A DNA stretch of 64,000 nucleotides from Azolla caroliniana (Eukaryota > Plantae > Polypodiophyta): assembly GCA_043228905.1 (NCBI GenBank), contig JBHGNT010000008.1, positions 7,936,001 through 8,000,000 of the forward strand, read 5' to 3'. This document shows positions 61,301 to 64,000 of the stretch, in pieces (position 1 is the first letter of the stretch; each line of letters begins with the position of its first letter). The notes below the pieces were generated by a model. It was not told where the DNA came from. It ran no database searches and was given only the letters and a program-made list of their open reading frames with translations. The position numbers and the translations under genes are program-made.

Positions 61301-62008
61301 TAGCAATATGAACCGGCCTTGCGTCATCCCCAGTTCCTAAGTTCACTTCCTCCAACTGGGATGCTTTCACGCGTTGGGATATCGCCATCTCCCTCTCCAG
61401 GGCTTTCTGTACATGCCGTAATTCTCTGATAGCTTCCCAATCCGGTTCCTCGCCGGCATCATCCGATTGCGTTATATATGGTGACACCGCTTCTGCCACA
61501 TCGATTTCAAATAGGGGTACAATTTTTGGGTTTTCTTCTAAGTATTGGTCGACCTCTTCGTCCGCAAGCACCGTGAGCATGTTTACACCTTCCGCATATA
61601 GTGATGTCAGCTCCTTGCCGGTACTTAATCGAGGGTGGGTAGGTACCCTTACTTTAGTCTTTCCTCGCCAGAAGGTAATCATGTTTTTCCGCTAGTTTTG
61701 TTTGATATGCGCCGTTTTTAGCCATGGGCGGCCCAGCAACAGCGGGTAAGCCCCTTGCGCATTGAGCTGGAGGACCACCGCCAAAATGCAGAATGCGTGT
61801 CCTCTGATAGTTACGTCTAGATCCCGTATCAAACCGGTAGGTCTTACCGAACTTGTATCCGCCATCCGGAGCCAAAACGGGCAAGGCTCCCATTCTTGGA
61901 TTCCTAGGGTACTACAAGTCCGTAGACTGATCACGTTCATGCCCGATCCTCCGTCCACAATCGTCCTTTGACAATGGCGGTGATTGCTAGACTGTTCGTG
62001 TCCACCAC

Positions 62009-62286
62009 TGTTGTGACGGGAACTACAACGCTCCTTATGCGCAATGCTCAGCCACAACCGAGCTTATAATGATACACAGAAAAACAGGAACTAAAACACG
62101 ACAAGAAGAAGAGGAAGATACACAGGAGGTTTACGTGGAAAACCCCAAACTAGGGGAAAGAACCACGGCAGCCCACAGGTTGCAAACTGTCACTATGTAA
62201 GAATATACAGCAATGAGTTCACTAAGGCACCGACCTCGTGCTCACAGATCTTCGCCACAGGCGGCGGTTACAACAGAGGCAACGAC

Positions 62287-62325
<39 letters not shown>

Positions 62326-64000
62326 CAGTTACGGACACTGATCTCATGCAAAACAGAAAATGACAACTCACCCTAAAAGCTTGCCCTAAGTCATATTTAT
62401 ACTAATGTGACTTTTCGGCTATTTACAAATATAGCCTTGATGGACTCTCAGAAACATATTTACGAATATGTCTCCTCATCCGGTTCATACCGGGTCTGCA
62501 CCATCTGGCTTTCCATAGTCGGGTACTCCTCATCTGGTTCATACCGGGTCTGCACCATCCGGCTCTCCGTAGCCGGGTACTCCTCATCCGGTTCATACCG
62601 GGTTTGCACCATCCGGCTCTCCGTAGCCGGGTACTCCTCATCCGGTTCATACCGGGTCTGCACCATCCGGCTCTCCGTAGCCGGGTACTCCTCATCCGAA
62701 TCATACTGGATCTGCACCATCCGGTTCTCCGTAGCCTGGTACTCCTCATCCGGTTTTGGCCTCGGCCGAGTTTATTCATCAGCACTGTTCTTCTCCCTTC
62801 CCATCCGGAGGGACCTGTCTCCCAACAAACTCCCCCTTCACTCGGGCATGGGGTGTCTTACCAGTCTGATCCTCTTCCGGCATGCGTCCAGCTTGTCGGG
62901 TTTCCGCACTTTGGTCAGCATATCTGACCCGTTCTCGACCGTGTGGATCTTTGTCAGTACAAACACCTGGTCATCTACTCTTTCCCGGATCCATTGATAC
63001 CTCCGTTGGATATGTTTCGTCTGGGAATGGTAGGCCGCATTCTTAGCAAGGTGGATGGCACTTTGACTGTCGCAATAGAGTCAGTATTCCTCTTGCCGGA
63101 TACCGAGCTCTCCGATGAAGTCCTTCATCCATAATATCTCCTTGCCGGCTTCCACAGCCGCCATGTACTCCGCCTCTGTAGTTGACAATGCAACCGTCTT
63201 CTGCAGCCTCGACTGCCACGAAACAGCTCCCCCTGCATATGTCATTACATACCCGGATGTAGACCGGCTGGTATCCACATCAGCCGACATGTCCGAATCA
63301 GTGAAACCGTCCAGTTGAGGTTTTTCGGAGCCGAATCGGAGACACATATTTGAAGTGCCCTTCAAATACCGGAGTATCCATTTGACCGCGTTCCAATGCT
63401 CCTTGTCGGGATTGCTCATGAACCGGCTCACCACTCCGACTTCGTATCCTATATCCGGTCGGGTACACACCATTGCGTACATCAAGCTCCCGATGGCAGA
63501 GGCATATGGAATCTTCATCATATCCGCCTTCTCTGCTTTTGTCTTCGGGCTTTGCTTACCGGATAGCCTGCAGTTTGCCGGAAGTGTCGATCTGACCGGT
63601 TTTGCTTCTGACATGTTGAACCGGTGAAACACCTTTGTCACGTACTTCTCCTGTGACAGCCATAATTGCTTCTTTGACCGGTCCCGAATGATGTGCATCC
63701 CCAACATCTATCTTGCCGGACCCAAGTCTTTCATTGAGAAGATCCAGTTGAGAGCCTTCTTCAGCATCCGTATTTTGACTTGGTCACGTCCGACGATCAA
63801 CATGTCATCCAAGTACAGAAGGAGTATCAGGAAGTCGCATCCTTCAAACTTCTTCACAAACACGCAGTGATCGGCCTGCATCTTGTGGTACCCTTGATCG
63901 GTCATGAAGGAGTCGAACTTCCGGTACCATTGTCAGGGAGCCTGCTTCAGTCCGTAGAGGCTCTTCTTCAACCGGCATACCAGGTGCTCCTTCCCTTTCT
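62009..64000 (-). mobile_element. 3' end of a Tnt1/Tork-like copia (RT-RNase H with stops, PPT, 3' LTR 62009-62827 with 54-bp repeats), continuing past the window
   Basis: RT/RH is closely similar to 55600-56749. PPT at 62829-62840. LTR bounded by TGTTG...CAACA. About five 54-bp units at ~62474-62752. Confidence 0.93.

Larger units (their letters stand above)
49008..62008 (-). mobile_element. Degenerate non-chromovirus Ty3/gypsy element (PR-RT-RH-INT, extra 3' ORF, 3' LTR), interrupted by the copia at 51925-57509 and cut at 62009
   Basis: IVDGGSG, MNPNYAAKVKEEID..FLDGFNGYNQI, FVDASD, WGLDFVGP..SDQG..NGLAE, FRWTGP. Related to the element at 10726. Confidence 0.9.

Overview
Plant heterochromatin-type window with no conventional host gene. 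The mix of element lineages suggests a non-seed plant such as a fern, which is an inference. It is a nested stack of about nine Ty1/copia and four Ty3/gypsy copies or fragments plus a solo LTR. One copia (51925-57509) is intact and very young. The standout is a complete 12.26-kb cut-and-paste DNA transposon (15001-27258, 25-bp TIRs, GGG...CCC ends, TCAA target duplication, Sola2-like). It encodes a spliced 863-aa DDD transposase on + and a convergent multi-exon cargo gene on - with an unknown N-terminal domain, a RING-H2-like finger and a degenerate FCP1/NIF-type phosphatase exon. One large intron of each gene consists almost entirely of tandem copies of the palindrome TAGCTAATTAGCTA, which also sits next to both TIRs. 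Other oddities are tRNA-like A/B-box modules inside gypsy LTRs, a gypsy 3' LTR preceded by a tRNA-3'-end-like sequence instead of a polypurine tract, a -1 frameshift site after gag-protease, and several tandem amplifications. All calls were made by eye and no database search was run.
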